Source: Rubripirellula sp.
GTDB lineage: Bacteria > Planctomycetota > Planctomycetia > Pirellulales > Pirellulaceae
Assembly (NCBI GenBank): GCA_965216875.1
Contig: OZ244207.1
Coordinates: 7,968,001 to 8,032,000, forward strand
Direction: 5' to 3'
Length of the DNA stretch: 64,000 nt
Shown here: positions 47,373 to 57,304 of the stretch, piece by piece
Layout of the letters: the number at the start of each line of letters is the position of its first letter
Position numbering within the stretch: position 1 is the first letter of the stretch
Position numbers and translations under genes: made by a program
Notes under the pieces: model-generated
Told to the model about the DNA's origin: nothing
Databases searched by the model: none
The model's input: only the letters and a program-made list of their open reading frames with translations

Positions 47373-50194
47373 TGGTTCACCACCCGAAGCAGTGTTTTCG
47401 AATCGGCAAACGACCGAAAGGGTGGTCGCGTCAAAATCGTTTTGTCCAAGGTGTGTCCAGCGTCGCGTGCCGATCCCAACGTCGCTGCAACGAGAGACGC
47501 CGATTGAGCTCGGCGATCGTCCGGTCCTGAACCGAACGATTCGGCGATGATTTCAGCCACTTGCATCAAGTGATTCGGGTCATCACCCGCAGCTTGTTGA
47601 AGGAGTTGCGATGTTTGCAGTGCACCGTCCCACTGTCCGCGAAGCACCTGCAGTCGTAGGAAACGCTGGAGATGATCGAGTTGCAGCCGGACGTATTGAT
47701 TGGCTTCTGCCGTGGTTGCGGCCATCGCGACCGCATTCTGCTGGGACTTGATCGCAACGCCAAAGTACTCCGCCGCGCGCCGATGATCGCCAGCGGAAAG
47801 AAAGACCACGCCCGCATTGGCATTCATGGCTCCATACTGACTCTGGATCGCTGCATCATCAGGGCGTCTTTCAAGGCAAGCCTTTTGTAACTCAATTGCT
47901 TCGGCGACAGCTTGTTGTGCTTGTTGCAGCTCTTGCGAAAGATGCAACGCTTTGGAAAGGTTGTTCAGCGATACCGCAAGCTCTCGGCGATGTGATGCAA
48001 TCCGGGGTGCTGATGCAACGAGCTTGCGTTGCAGCCCGATCGCCTGGTCAAAGGAAGCCCTCGCGGCGGTGAAGTCCCTGTCGTTGATTTCGGCGGAACC
48101 CAGGTTGTTGTAGGTCGTTGCAATTTCAACCGACGCTGCCAGCGGATTGGGGAGAACTTTGGCCGAAGCGAGCTGGAGGTCGAGAGCCTGGTTCAGCAGT
48201 GCACGTGCCTGGACCGGATCACGCTGTGTTTCGAGAGAGCTCAGATTCAAGCAGACTGCAGCGAGTCCGCGTTGTGCCGCTTGGTTAGGATTTTGCGCAA
48301 CGATTGGGGTGAGTTGATCGTGTGCCAGATTCCAACAAGCCGAAGCTTGCTCGTGTTGTCCAAGCTGGCGAAACAGAAGGCCTTGGTTATTGACGGTCAA
48401 CGCGTAAGCGACCACGTCTCGCTCGTCCGCATCTCCCACCGCAAGCTGTTTGTGTATGGCAATGGATTGTCGGAAAACACGATCAGCTTCTTCAAGTTTT
48501 CGGCACTCACCGAGTGTCAAACCGAGTTGATTCAAGTTCTCGGCGCGCTCGGCACGCAAACGCGGTTCAACCGTGACCAACCGCTGGTAGAGTTGTTCCG
48601 CTTTGCGGAAGTGCGGGACGGCTTGCTCGGGAGTCTCGAGCTGATTGACCAGGTTGCCAATCCGTGTGTGCGTGATCGCAAGGTCGGGTTGAAGCAGCGG
48701 GTCGTCCCCGGCCTGTTCGACAAACTGAGTGTGATATGAAAGCGTTTCTTGTAGCACGTCCCGCCGCAACTGCTCGGCACCCGGCATCAATGCAAGTTGT
48801 TGTGCGACGTCTCCGCCCAGTTGGTTGACCATTTCATGGGCGCTGCGAACGATGTTGTCCGTTCGCTCGGCATGTTCGGCGATCGAGGCACTTTTTTGGC
48901 GAATGATCCACGTACTAATGACAAGCCAAGTGGTGGCGACCACCATCACGATCGATGCCGCGGTGACCCAACGGCGATGGCGCAGTGCCGCGCGACTCGC
49001 TCGCGTCATTAGCGAGAGAGGTTTGGCCTTCGTTGCTTCGCCAGACAACACGCAGCGAAGGTCATCGGCAAACTCTTTAGCGGTCGAATAGCGATCGTCA
49101 CGAATCTTGGCCATCGCCTTGGACAGGACGACGTCCAGGTCGGTTGGCACGTCGCCGAGCACCTTCTTCACTCGCGGCGGCGTGTGAACGTCGAGTGATC
49201 GCAGAACGCCAGGGCCGTCTTCGCCCGGAACGGCACGCTGAAGCGTCAGCATTTCGTAGAGCGTGACCGCGAGGGAATAGATGTCGGTTCGTTGGTCCAC
49301 CAACTCGGCGACGCCACGAGCCTGTTCGGGGCTCATGTACCGCATGGTCCCCACAAGGTCACCGCTTCGCGTGAGCGACAAGTTGTTTTGGCAACGAGCT
49401 AACCCGAAGTCGGTGATCCAAATTCGCGGCGTCTCGGTGTTGTCTCGGTTTTCCGTTCGGTTGGATTCATCGACGATCAGGTTTGCGGGTTTGATGTCGC
49501 GATGGATGATCCCGCAGCCGTGTGCATAGTCGAGTGCATCGGCAACTTCAATGATCGCAGCGAGCACATCGCGCCATTTTGGTTTCGGCAATTCACCCCT
49601 ACGTTGACGCGCGATGACGGATTCAATCGAAGTGCCTTCGATCAACTGCATCGCGTAATAATGGATCCCGCGTTCGACCCCGACGCTATGAACGGGCACA
49701 ATGTTGGGATGCTGAAGTTGGCCAGCCGCATGGGACTCATTCTTGAATCGCGCGACCTGGCGTGAATCCAACAGCGACGCCATGGGGAGCAGCTTTAATG
49801 CAACGCGTCGGTCGAGCGGTTTTTGAGTCGCCTCAAAAACGATCCCCATTCCGCCGCGTCCGATTTCACGCACGATCGTGTAGTCGCCGAGCTGCATGTC
49901 GATCGGCGAATCGGCCTCGACCAAGTCACCCTGGAAACCCGCAGCGATGCCGTGCAGGTCACTGAGCTTGTCAAAGTAGCATTGCAGGACGTCGGCGATG
50001 TCTTCATTCGCAGCGATGACGTCGCAGACATTCACGCGATCGCCCGACTCGAGTTTGCAAAGGTAGTCGTCAAGGATCTTCGTGAGCCGTTCGACTTGCT
50101 CTTCGCTAAGCGATGCGAGCGCGGAATCGTCGTCACTTGCATCCGCAAGTGAATCGCACACGTTGTCGATCGTCGAGTCGACTCTAGTTGCCAC
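47369..50194 (-). CDS. Ser/Thr protein kinase with TM and TPR repeats
   Basis: GRGGMG, VALK, HRDIKPAN, TDFGLA, GTMRYMSPEQ; NNQG/NNLG/NNLS TPR helices. Confidence 0.92.
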   Translation of the reverse strand: MATRVDSTIDNVCDSLADASDDDSALASLSEEQVERLTKILDDYLCKLESGDRVNVCDVIAANEDIADVLQCYFDKLSDLHGIAAGFQGDLVEADSPIDMQLGDYTIVREIGRGGMGIVFEATQKPLDRRVALKLLPMASLLDSRQVARFKNESHAAGQLQHPNIVPVHSVGVERGIHYYAMQLIEGTSIESVIARQRRGELPKPKWRDVLAAIIEVADALDYAHGCGIIHRDIKPANLIVDESNRTENRDNTETPRIWITDFGLARCQNNLSLTRSGDLVGTMRYMSPEQARGVAELVDQRTDIYSLAVTLYEMLTLQRAVPGEDGPGVLRSLDVHTPPRVKKVLGDVPTDLDVVLSKAMAKIRDDRYSTAKEFADDLRCVLSGEATKAKPLSLMTRASRAALRHRRWVTAASIVMVVATTWLVISTWIIRQKSASIAEHAERTDNIVRSAHEMVNQLGGDVAQQLALMPGAEQLRRDVLQETLSYHTQFVEQAGDDPLLQPDLAITHTRIGNLVNQLETPEQAVPHFRKAEQLYQRLVTVEPRLRAERAENLNQLGLTLGECRKLEEADRVFRQSIAIHKQLAVGDADERDVVAYALTVNNQGLLFRQLGQHEQASACWNLAHDQLTPIVAQNPNQAAQRGLAAVCLNLSSLETQRDPVQARALLNQALDLQLASAKVLPNPLAASVEIATTYNNLGSAEINDRDFTAARASFDQAIGLQRKLVASAPRIASHRRELAVSLNNLSKALHLSQELQQAQQAVAEAIELQKACLERRPDDAAIQSQYGAMNANAGVVFLSAGDHRRAAEYFGVAIKSQQNAVAMAATTAEANQYVRLQLDHLQRFLRLQVLRGQWDGALQTSQLLQQAAGDDPNHLMQVAEIIAESFGSGPDDRRAQSASLVAATLGSARDAGHTLDKTILTRPPFRSFADSKTLLRVVNQ

Positions 50195-50882
50195 TGGGGA
50201 TCTCGCAGCGTCGCTTGAACTGTTCTAACGCGCGTAGCCAAAGCATACGTACGGCGCCACCCGAGCGATCCATCCGTGTCGCGATCTCTTCAAACGTTAG
50301 ACCCTGCAAGACTCGGTAGATGATCACGTCGCGGTATTGGCTGCGCAGCTTGCTCAGCTCGTTGGCGAGTTCGACGGCGTTCTCGCGAGCTCGCAGCGGT
50401 GCACTTGGCGAGTCGGTCTTGCCTGGAATCAAACCTGCGAGATTGCACGCTGACTCTTCCAGTTGGCTTGAAATTTGGTCGATCGAAATCTCGCGTCGTA
50501 CATCCCGCTTTCCAGCTTTGACGTGCTTTGCAAAGGTGCGATGCAACGTGTTGATCAGGATCTGACGCAACCAGCCAAGCAACTCGGGCTGGCTCTCGCC
50601 GCGGAAGGCCCCAAAATCGCGATGTGCCGCGAGCATCGTTTCTTGCACGACATCCGAAGGACTCACGCGACGGCTCAGTCGACGGTCAAGCTGAGTGCCG
50701 GCGAGGATCGTCAGGTAGTTGGCATACCATTGCAGCAGTTCGCCACGCGCATGGTTGTCGCCCGCTTTGGCCTGGCAAAGCATGCGTTCGAACTCGAATT
50801 CGTCGGGCGTGCGAGTGGCCGCAGACTTCGGTTGGGAGGCTGCGACCGCCACAGAGGAGGAGTCGGTGACCATCAAAGGCAC
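50184..50882 (-). CDS. ECF sigma factor, planctomycete STK-associated type
   Basis: SDVVQET, WLRQIL, RDVRRE insertion, LTFEEIATRMDRSGGAVRMLWLRAL. Confidence 0.92.
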   Translation of the reverse strand: MPLMVTDSSSVAVAASQPKSAATRTPDEFEFERMLCQAKAGDNHARGELLQWYANYLTILAGTQLDRRLSRRVSPSDVVQETMLAAHRDFGAFRGESQPELLGWLRQILINTLHRTFAKHVKAGKRDVRREISIDQISSQLEESACNLAGLIPGKTDSPSAPLRARENAVELANELSKLRSQYRDVIIYRVLQGLTFEEIATRMDRSGGAVRMLWLRALEQFKRRCEIPSGN

Positions 50883-51277
50883 CTCGGATCAGAGGAGGAG
50901 ACAAGGATTTCAATGTTAGGCACGATCTTGGGAAGTGGCAAATCCTTCGCTGCAAACGGCGTTTTTCTCCATGCTTCAAGCGTCCCAGGCATTGCTAGAA
51001 CGCGAGAATCGCCGTGTTGACCCGCCAGAATCGTCGAAAAACCCCCGCCGCGAGTTGCCTCGCTGTGTTGCTAAACGCGTTGGAAACGTGGGGATCCACC
51101 CGCCTCGCGCCTCAAGAAAAAGGCGAGTTGCGGTCTGCTCGCGACGGTACCGGCGTAACGGTCCAATCACTGAGGGAGTTTTCCAAACGCATTCGCCACA
51201 CTTCTGGAATGAGTTTTTGGCGAATTTTTACGACGCAAAAAAGTCGAAATTTGCCGTGAAGTGCGCTCCAACAATCA

Positions 51278-51418
51278 CCCTCCCGCTCGCGGGAGGGTCG
51301 GACGCAAAGTCCGGGGAGGGCACGATCTCTGCAAGTAACAGACCCTCTCCGGGCCTTAGAGCCCGACTCTCCCAAGGGAGAGTGTTCTAGCGCGTTCGGC
51401 TCACGATACGGCGGCTCA
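51278..51418. repeat. CCCTCCC/CCCTCTCC palindromic element plus GTGAG-family REP fragments
   Basis: CCCTCCCGCTCGCGGGAGGG, CTCTCCCAAGGGAGAG hairpins; reverse GTGAGCCGAACGCGCTAG 51387-51404. Confidence 0.65.
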
Positions 51419-52012
51419 GTCGCAGCGCCATTGAACTCGATCGCCAATGGGGCTTCGGCTGCTCGTTGGCCAATCCCCTGACGGATACCCCAAATAGAAG
51501 AGGCCGAAGGCTCGGTCCTTTTCCTCCAGGCCAAGGTAGTCTCGCATCTGGTCACTGACCGCGGCCACGTTGCTTGACCAGAACCCGCCGAGACCAAACG
51601 AAGCGGCCGAGAGATGAAGGTTTTGGACTGCACAGGCGACCGCTAACGCCTCGTCCAACTCGGTAATCTTTTCGGTTTTCTGCCGTTTCATGCCGATCGC
51701 GATCACGACCGGAGCGAGCATTGCGTTCTTGCTCATCCCTTCGTACTTGTTCGGCTTGAATTGCTCGGGAGTGGTGATCGCTTTGTAAGTCTCGGCCAAG
51801 AACGACGCCAAGCCCTGCCGGGCCTCGCCGGTGAAGACCGTGAAGTGCCAGGGTTGGGTCATGCCATGCGTCGGAGCCCAATTCGCATTCTCAAGCAACT
51901 CGTCAAGGATTTCCGGATCGATCGCGCGATCGGAAAACGCTTTAGGTTTGACAGTTCGGCGCGAACGAATGACCTGGGTGACGATCGACGATTCGGAGGT
52001 CGCGGTACTCAA
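51416..52012 (-). CDS. Nitroreductase family protein (YdjA-like)
   Basis: IRSRRT, WAPTHGMTQPWHF, AVQNLHL, FYLGYP; TTG start at 52012 preferred because the longer ORF starts inside a REP hairpin. Confidence 0.9.
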   Translation of the reverse strand: MSTATSESSIVTQVIRSRRTVKPKAFSDRAIDPEILDELLENANWAPTHGMTQPWHFTVFTGEARQGLASFLAETYKAITTPEQFKPNKYEGMSKNAMLAPVVIAIGMKRQKTEKITELDEALAVACAVQNLHLSAASFGLGGFWSSNVAAVSDQMRDYLGLEEKDRAFGLFYLGYPSGDWPTSSRSPIGDRVQWRCD

Positions 52013-52074
52013 AGGAACAGCTTTCGCGTTGGGCGTGGTGGACGGTGGGGCGAGTTCTAATATAGCCGCCTTCT

Positions 52075-52154
52075 GTGAGCCGCAAGAGTTGCGCGTGCGG
52101 CTCACTGGCGTGCTTGCCGGATCCGCGTCGCTGACGCTCCTTGATCCGGCCTAC
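52075..52154. repeat. GTGAGCCGCA hairpin plus GTAGG-type REP
   Basis: GTGAGCCGCA...TGCGGCTCAC 52075-52105; reverse GTAGGCCGGATCAAGGAGCGTCAGCGACGCGGATCCGGC 52116-52154. Confidence 0.75.
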
Positions 52155-52163
52155 ACATTCTCA

Positions 52164-53036
52164 CTAAGGGAAACCGTACTCGGAATTGGTGGGGTCGAAA
52201 TCCTGTTCACTCAGTCCCACGTTCGTTTTCACATCATGGTACGTGTACGACTCGATCAATGGAGGTTCCGCGCCTTCGGATTCTGGCCAACCGAAGCTTC
52301 GGAATTGCAGGATCAGCTGGCGCTCTGGATCAATCGAAATCTCAGCGAGCGAGAAATCGTCTTCGCGCTCCGAAGGCTTCGCACGTCGGACTTGAATTAG
52401 CTGAGTTGCCGTGTCTCCGATTGAATGCCCTTCGGTAAGCGAAACGGTGACGTCGGGATCATCAACATCCTCCTGGCCGCGTTCGATCAATTTCTCGACC
52501 AGCTTCACCAAGCCGATTTCGCTAATCGGATAACGTTGCCCCTGCATCGCGATCACGCCGTTGGGATCGAGCCAGATCGTTTTCAAGTTCAGCAAGAAGG
52601 TTGTTTCATGCACGGCCATTTGTCCGTCGTGCAAGTCCGCAGCCCAAATCACTTCGCGACCTGCGACCGATTCGGGCGAGTTGAACTTCAGATAGACACG
52701 CATTGGTGCATCGTCGCTCTCGTTCCGCAGCCGCGTCTGAACTTTCATCACCATCTCGCTCTCTTCAGCGAGCTTGCCCGACGCATCGACTTCTTGTTTG
52801 ACAAAACGCGCGGTGTAGTCATCGAGCGATGTCGCCATGTGCTCACGAGCGGCTCGTGCCATGTCGAGCACTTTTGCCATGGTCATTTTGTCGGCGGTGT
52901 CATCGGGTTCGACCTCGACAGGTTTGGCATCGGTCGTTGCCGCAGGACCACCCGCAATCATCTTGTATCCAACAAGTGACGCGGTGCCAAAGGCGACCAC
53001 GACGGCCGTGATGATGAAGCCCTTTTTGGATTTCAT
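52164..53036 (-). CDS. DUF1571 domain protein
   Basis: DYTARFVKQE, VYLKF, GREVIW, AMQGQRYPISEIG, ESYTY, DFDPTNSEYGF; N-terminal anchor. Confidence 0.85.
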   Translation of the reverse strand: MKSKKGFIITAVVVAFGTASLVGYKMIAGGPAATTDAKPVEVEPDDTADKMTMAKVLDMARAAREHMATSLDDYTARFVKQEVDASGKLAEESEMVMKVQTRLRNESDDAPMRVYLKFNSPESVAGREVIWAADLHDGQMAVHETTFLLNLKTIWLDPNGVIAMQGQRYPISEIGLVKLVEKLIERGQEDVDDPDVTVSLTEGHSIGDTATQLIQVRRAKPSEREDDFSLAEISIDPERQLILQFRSFGWPESEGAEPPLIESYTYHDVKTNVGLSEQDFDPTNSEYGFP

Positions 53037-53193
53037 GGCTCTGTGATTCTTTTGGTGTCGGCGCAGTGGGGTACGTGCAAGCACACACCTTACGAAAGGA
53101 ACGTCCGGAAACAAACACGGCCAGGGCGACGTGATTGCCCTGGCCGTCGATCTTGCCACCAACCGAAGTTGGCGGCGACTTCTAATTGGCTGA

Positions 53194-54876
53194 TCAGAAT
53201 TGCTGCTGAGCGGCCTGTTGCGATTGTTGAATCGCGGCACCCACGGCTCGCAACAACCCCTCGCCGACCGAAACCTGGGACTTGGCACCGTTTTCGACAG
53301 ATTGCGAAACGATGGTCACGACACCTGGATCCGGCGCTGTCGACAACGCGTTGATCATGGCGCCGACCGCATCGTTGGTTTCGATCGATTGAGCGTATTG
53401 CAGGATCGGCAGCAGCGTGAATTTCAGCTGGCCGACAGGACGATTCGACGTGGTGTCCGAGTCACCTTGGTCGATCAGTTCCTTCAACAGATCCTCGCTT
53501 CCGTTGCCGAGAGCGACGAAGACGGCTTTATCACCGGTGCCAATGTGAACGCGGAGTGCATCGCCAAACATCTGTCGCGCTTCGTCTTTTCCAGGTGGAA
53601 TCTCCGATTCGACGACATGCATGTTCACGCCCTTGTAGCTGTCGACATCAAACTTGAATGTCGGAGCGCCAGGTTCGTTTTGAACTTTCTCGGCAAGGTC
53701 TTTGACGATCTGGGCCGCTTCGTTGCCGTCCGCTACGAATGAGCCGAAGACGAACCGGAAATCGTTTTGGTCAGCAAGCAACAGAGCACCGACGTCAGCC
53801 TTACCCTCTTCGATCGAAGCGAGCGCCAGGTCACTGATGCGTTCGATCATTTCCGAAAGCTCGGCACGTTGTTGTTCGTCCAAGCTGTCTTCGGCAGCGA
53901 GTTGGTTGTCGATGGCCTGAAGGTACATCTTCAACGTCGTGCGGGTTTGAGCGACAGCTTCAGGAGCAATCGATGCGGCTCCGTGATAGTAGGCTGCTGC
54001 ATCTTCGCGAATCACGGATGAGAATCGCGATGGGATTGCTTGTTGGCCGCCGTAAATCGCTGCAAGGTCCGAGCCTGGAACTGCAGTGAACGAGCCGTTG
54101 AATTGAACCTGCTTGACCGTTTGATTGACGTTGAAGCCAAAGCTCAGTTCGTCGGTTTCTTCAATCAGCTGCTCAAGTTGATCAAGCGAGCTCTCTGCCA
54201 TTTCACGTGCGGCTTCCGCGTCGCTGTTTTGTTGCTGAGCCATGGCTTGCTCATAGCCTTGGCGAATCTGGGCGGTCAGCAGTTCACGCATTTCGGTTGG
54301 AACTTGCTGCATCTGCAGGCGAACCGAAAGGTCGTAGTCGCCATCGATCCCTTCCAAGATTTCGGCGGGGTCGCTTGGTGCCAGATCGAGCAATTGCTTT
54401 TGTGGTGCAAGAACGGCCCACTTTTCAACTTCTCGAATAAAGACCGTGCTTGCACCCACGGCGATGACAAGCGTTCCGTCATCGAGTTCGTCGGCGGGAC
54501 CAATCTGTGGCTCCAAACGCTTGAGGAACATCTTCAAGTCGAGGACCGGGACGAGTGCGATCGGTTGCGGGGCTCCGTTAACCAGCGGCACGATCACCGC
54601 CGAAGGACGCGTGGTGTCCAAGCCCGAGGTGAACATGCCAGCCATCATCGAAAACATGCCGCCGACCTGAGCTTGCCCAACCGTGCCGGTCAGGTAGTTG
54701 ACATCTTGGGTCAACTTGTTGATCGGGCCAATTGCGACAGATACGACGGGGTCGGTTGCGGTGAGTTCGTCGCTTCCTTGAGCCATCACACGCGCCGGAA
54801 CGGCGGTCGCCATCGCCACCAAGGCCATGACCATTGCGGCCAAACGGCGGCGTACCGCGGGAGTCTTGAATGCCAT
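53194..54876 (-). CDS. Secreted conserved hypothetical protein
   Basis: Long ORF with signal-like N-terminus RRRLAAMVMALVAMA. Confidence 0.8.
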   Translation of the reverse strand: MAFKTPAVRRRLAAMVMALVAMATAVPARVMAQGSDELTATDPVVSVAIGPINKLTQDVNYLTGTVGQAQVGGMFSMMAGMFTSGLDTTRPSAVIVPLVNGAPQPIALVPVLDLKMFLKRLEPQIGPADELDDGTLVIAVGASTVFIREVEKWAVLAPQKQLLDLAPSDPAEILEGIDGDYDLSVRLQMQQVPTEMRELLTAQIRQGYEQAMAQQQNSDAEAAREMAESSLDQLEQLIEETDELSFGFNVNQTVKQVQFNGSFTAVPGSDLAAIYGGQQAIPSRFSSVIREDAAAYYHGAASIAPEAVAQTRTTLKMYLQAIDNQLAAEDSLDEQQRAELSEMIERISDLALASIEEGKADVGALLLADQNDFRFVFGSFVADGNEAAQIVKDLAEKVQNEPGAPTFKFDVDSYKGVNMHVVESEIPPGKDEARQMFGDALRVHIGTGDKAVFVALGNGSEDLLKELIDQGDSDTTSNRPVGQLKFTLLPILQYAQSIETNDAVGAMINALSTAPDPGVVTIVSQSVENGAKSQVSVGEGLLRAVGAAIQQSQQAAQQQF

Positions 54877-55561
54877 CTCTAAGTTCGTCCTTTTCGGAGT
54901 AAGCAGTTGCAAAGGGGCGGTGATCATCGAGACCACCGGATGGTAATGATTTGGCACGGACGCGGAAGATTCAATTCCCCTTCCAATGACGTCCTCCTTG
55001 GGAGCCGACAGTCCCCGAGGCGGAAACGGTCTCGCGGGGCTCTCTCAAAGGAGCAAATCACCGACCAGGGCTGATTGTTACCTAACGTGCAGATCGAGAC
55101 ATGCCCTCATGGGCTATGCCATCAAAAGGCCACACCACCAAAAGGCTTGTCCAAACGCCGATCGAGGCGCGACCGCCAAGCAATTTCTCGTGCCAGCGAT
55201 TCAAGCCTCGGTCTTTTCAAAACTTGAAGCCCTCGTTCTTTCTATACCCGAATCGACGGGGGCAGGTTTCGCGTCGTGCCTATTTCCGCCGATTGACGCG
55301 AGAGCAGAGCTGGAGTGCGGGGCTGAGGAGCGGGGGCCACCAAGGCTGGGCCCATTCATCAGGGCCAGCTTCCTCAGGGCCAGAGCTGGTTAGCGGCAAT
55401 CCGGTGGGCTTTGACGCGACGCCGCTGCTGTGACGATGCGTGATGAGGATGAAGCCGCGTTCACGCAAATTGGGGAAGCTTCGCTTCGAGTGGCGCAGCT
55501 TCAAAAACACGAGCCAGAAAGAGCGGCCGCTCGCGAGAAGATCGGGCAATTCGTCGGTCGT

Positions 55562-55783
55562 CTACCGTTCGCGATAGACGATGCGGCCCTTGGTGAGGTC
55601 GTAGGGTGATAGTTCGACACGCACTTTGTCACCCGGAACAATCCGGATAAAGTGCTTTCGCATGCGTCCTGCGACGTGCGCCATGACTTCAGAACCGGTC
55701 TCGAGCTGGACCCGGAATCGAGTGTTGGCGAGCGCCTGTGTTACGGTGCCTTCGACCTCGAAGGCCTCTTCTTTTTTTCCCAA
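55562..55783 (-). CDS. infA: Translation initiation factor IF-1
   Basis: [47 protein letters not shown] start after GGAG. Confidence 0.97.
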   Translation of the reverse strand: MGKKEEAFEVEGTVTQALANTRFRVQLETGSEVMAHVAGRMRKHFIRIVPGDKVRVELSPYDLTKGRIVYRER

Positions 55784-56130
55784 GTGACAAAATCTCCGGT
55801 GAAGTTGAATTGGATGCCTAGCCGTTGTCAGCGGCGTCGGTGTCTGGGGCGTCGGCTGCACCGATGCACGAAACGCTGAACGCCAACAGATTCCAGGGAG
55901 CGATCAGGGCGACAGGAGTCGCGGCCGTGGCAACGGTTGAGGGCAAAGTGTACCCTAATCGCCCAAAATGAAAGATGGCGACAGTGGCCTCGTGAGGGCA
56001 TCGGTGTCGCGATTTCAGCATGAAAGATCATGCGGGCGGGGCGAAGCTGGCTACCCAAACCCGCCAGCTCCTGCTGCGTTTTATAGCAGGAACTGGGCTT
56101 GGCGTCACCAGAAATGAAGAAAAGAGCGAA

Positions 56131-56544
56131 TTAACGTTTGCTGAACTGAACGCCGCGACGTGCACCGCGAAGACCAGGTTTCTTACGCTCTTTCATACGC
56201 GAGTCGCGGGTCAAGTAACCGCCATCGCGAAGGGCTTCATGAAGTGATTCGTCGTAGCTGACCAAGGCACGAGCAAGGCCCATGCGAACCGCACCACTTT
56301 GGCCAGTCATGCCACCGCCGCTGACGCGGACCATGACATCCACCTTGTCGCCAAATTCAACGGCCTCGAGTGTGCTCGTGATCCACTTTTGATCTTGGTC
56401 GTTGACGAAATACTCTTCCAACGGACGCTTGTTGACGGTGACCTTGCCACTGCCAGCTCGCACGCGAACGCGAGCAACGCTGCTTTTACGACGCCCTGTA
56501 CCGAGGGCGTCTCCGTTGATTTTGTCCTTTTTGACCGCGACCAT
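56131..56544 (-). CDS. rpsI: 30S ribosomal protein S9
   Basis: GTGRRKSSVARV, GGGMTGQ, ERKKPGL..QFSKR. Confidence 0.98.
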   Translation of the reverse strand: MVAVKKDKINGDALGTGRRKSSVARVRVRAGSGKVTVNKRPLEEYFVNDQDQKWITSTLEAVEFGDKVDVMVRVSGGGMTGQSGAVRMGLARALVSYDESLHEALRDGGYLTRDSRMKERKKPGLRGARRGVQFSKR

Positions 56545-56613
56545 TAGGAATCAAATGCTGTTATGAGTGAATCGTGCGTGATTTGCGAATAAGACTGCTG
56601 GGCTCAGCGGGTC

Positions 56614-57066
56614 TCAGTGTGTTTTCTTGCTCTTGCGTTCCATCGGCTGCGGTTGTTGAGCCGCATGCGGATGATCTGGACCGCAGTAGATCTTGAGTTT
56701 CTTGATCATTTGGTACGCCAGCTTGTTCTTTGGAAGCATTCGGCGAACCGCGTGGTAGATCAGGTCTTCTGGCTTGCGTTCTTGGCGATCACCGTAGCTT
56801 TCCAGACGAAGTCCGGGGTAGCCGGTGTACCACGTGTAGTGGCGATCATCCATCTTCTTGCCGGTCATTTTGACCTTTTCGGCATTCACCACGATCACAA
56901 AATCCCCGCAATCGACGTGCGGAGTGTATTGCGGGCGGTGCTTGCCCATCAAATGAACCGCGATGTCTCGCGCCAGACGTCCGAGAACCTCGTCGCTTGC
57001 ATCGACAATCAGCCACTGTTGTTCGACTTGGCCGGGCTTTGCCATGAAGGTCGGTTGTGCAACCAC
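56614..57066 (-). CDS. rplM: 50S ribosomal protein L13
   Basis: WLIVDA..LGRLA, GKHRPQYTPHVDCGD, MLPKNKL, HPHAAQQP. Confidence 0.98.
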   Translation of the reverse strand: MVAQPTFMAKPGQVEQQWLIVDASDEVLGRLARDIAVHLMGKHRPQYTPHVDCGDFVIVVNAEKVKMTGKKMDDRHYTWYTGYPGLRLESYGDRQERKPEDLIYHAVRRMLPKNKLAYQMIKKLKIYCGPDHPHAAQQPQPMERKSKKTH

Positions 57067-57304
57067 GAGATCAACTAGTCCACAAAGTAAAGGAATTGAC
57101 GTTCAAACGGAGAATCCCCACGCCAGTTGCGGGGAATCGAGGAATTTATAGGCCGCGTTCCATCTCAGCAAGGCCTTTCGGGCATTTTCCCGGCAAAGAG
57201 TCGAAGCTGCACGCACCTGGAACGACAACACTTGGTTTTCTTCGGATCTGGGGTTTCTCGGGATCTGGTGCGTGCGAGCACACACCCTACGGGAAGGCGG
57301 GCAC

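Noticed and set aside
51298..51314. GGACGCAAAG resembling a c-di-GMP-I riboswitch
   Set aside because: It is part of a CCCTCCC palindromic repeat and lacks the upstream GNRA-capped P2 arrangement
52013..52105. N-terminal extension of the nitroreductase
   Set aside because: Begins inside a REP hairpin; family similarity starts later
55340..55385. CTGATGA on the minus strand suggesting a hammerhead ribozyme; GAGGAA suggesting RNase P RNA
   Set aside because: No stem II followed by GAAA, and no GAGGAAAGTCC P4 motif
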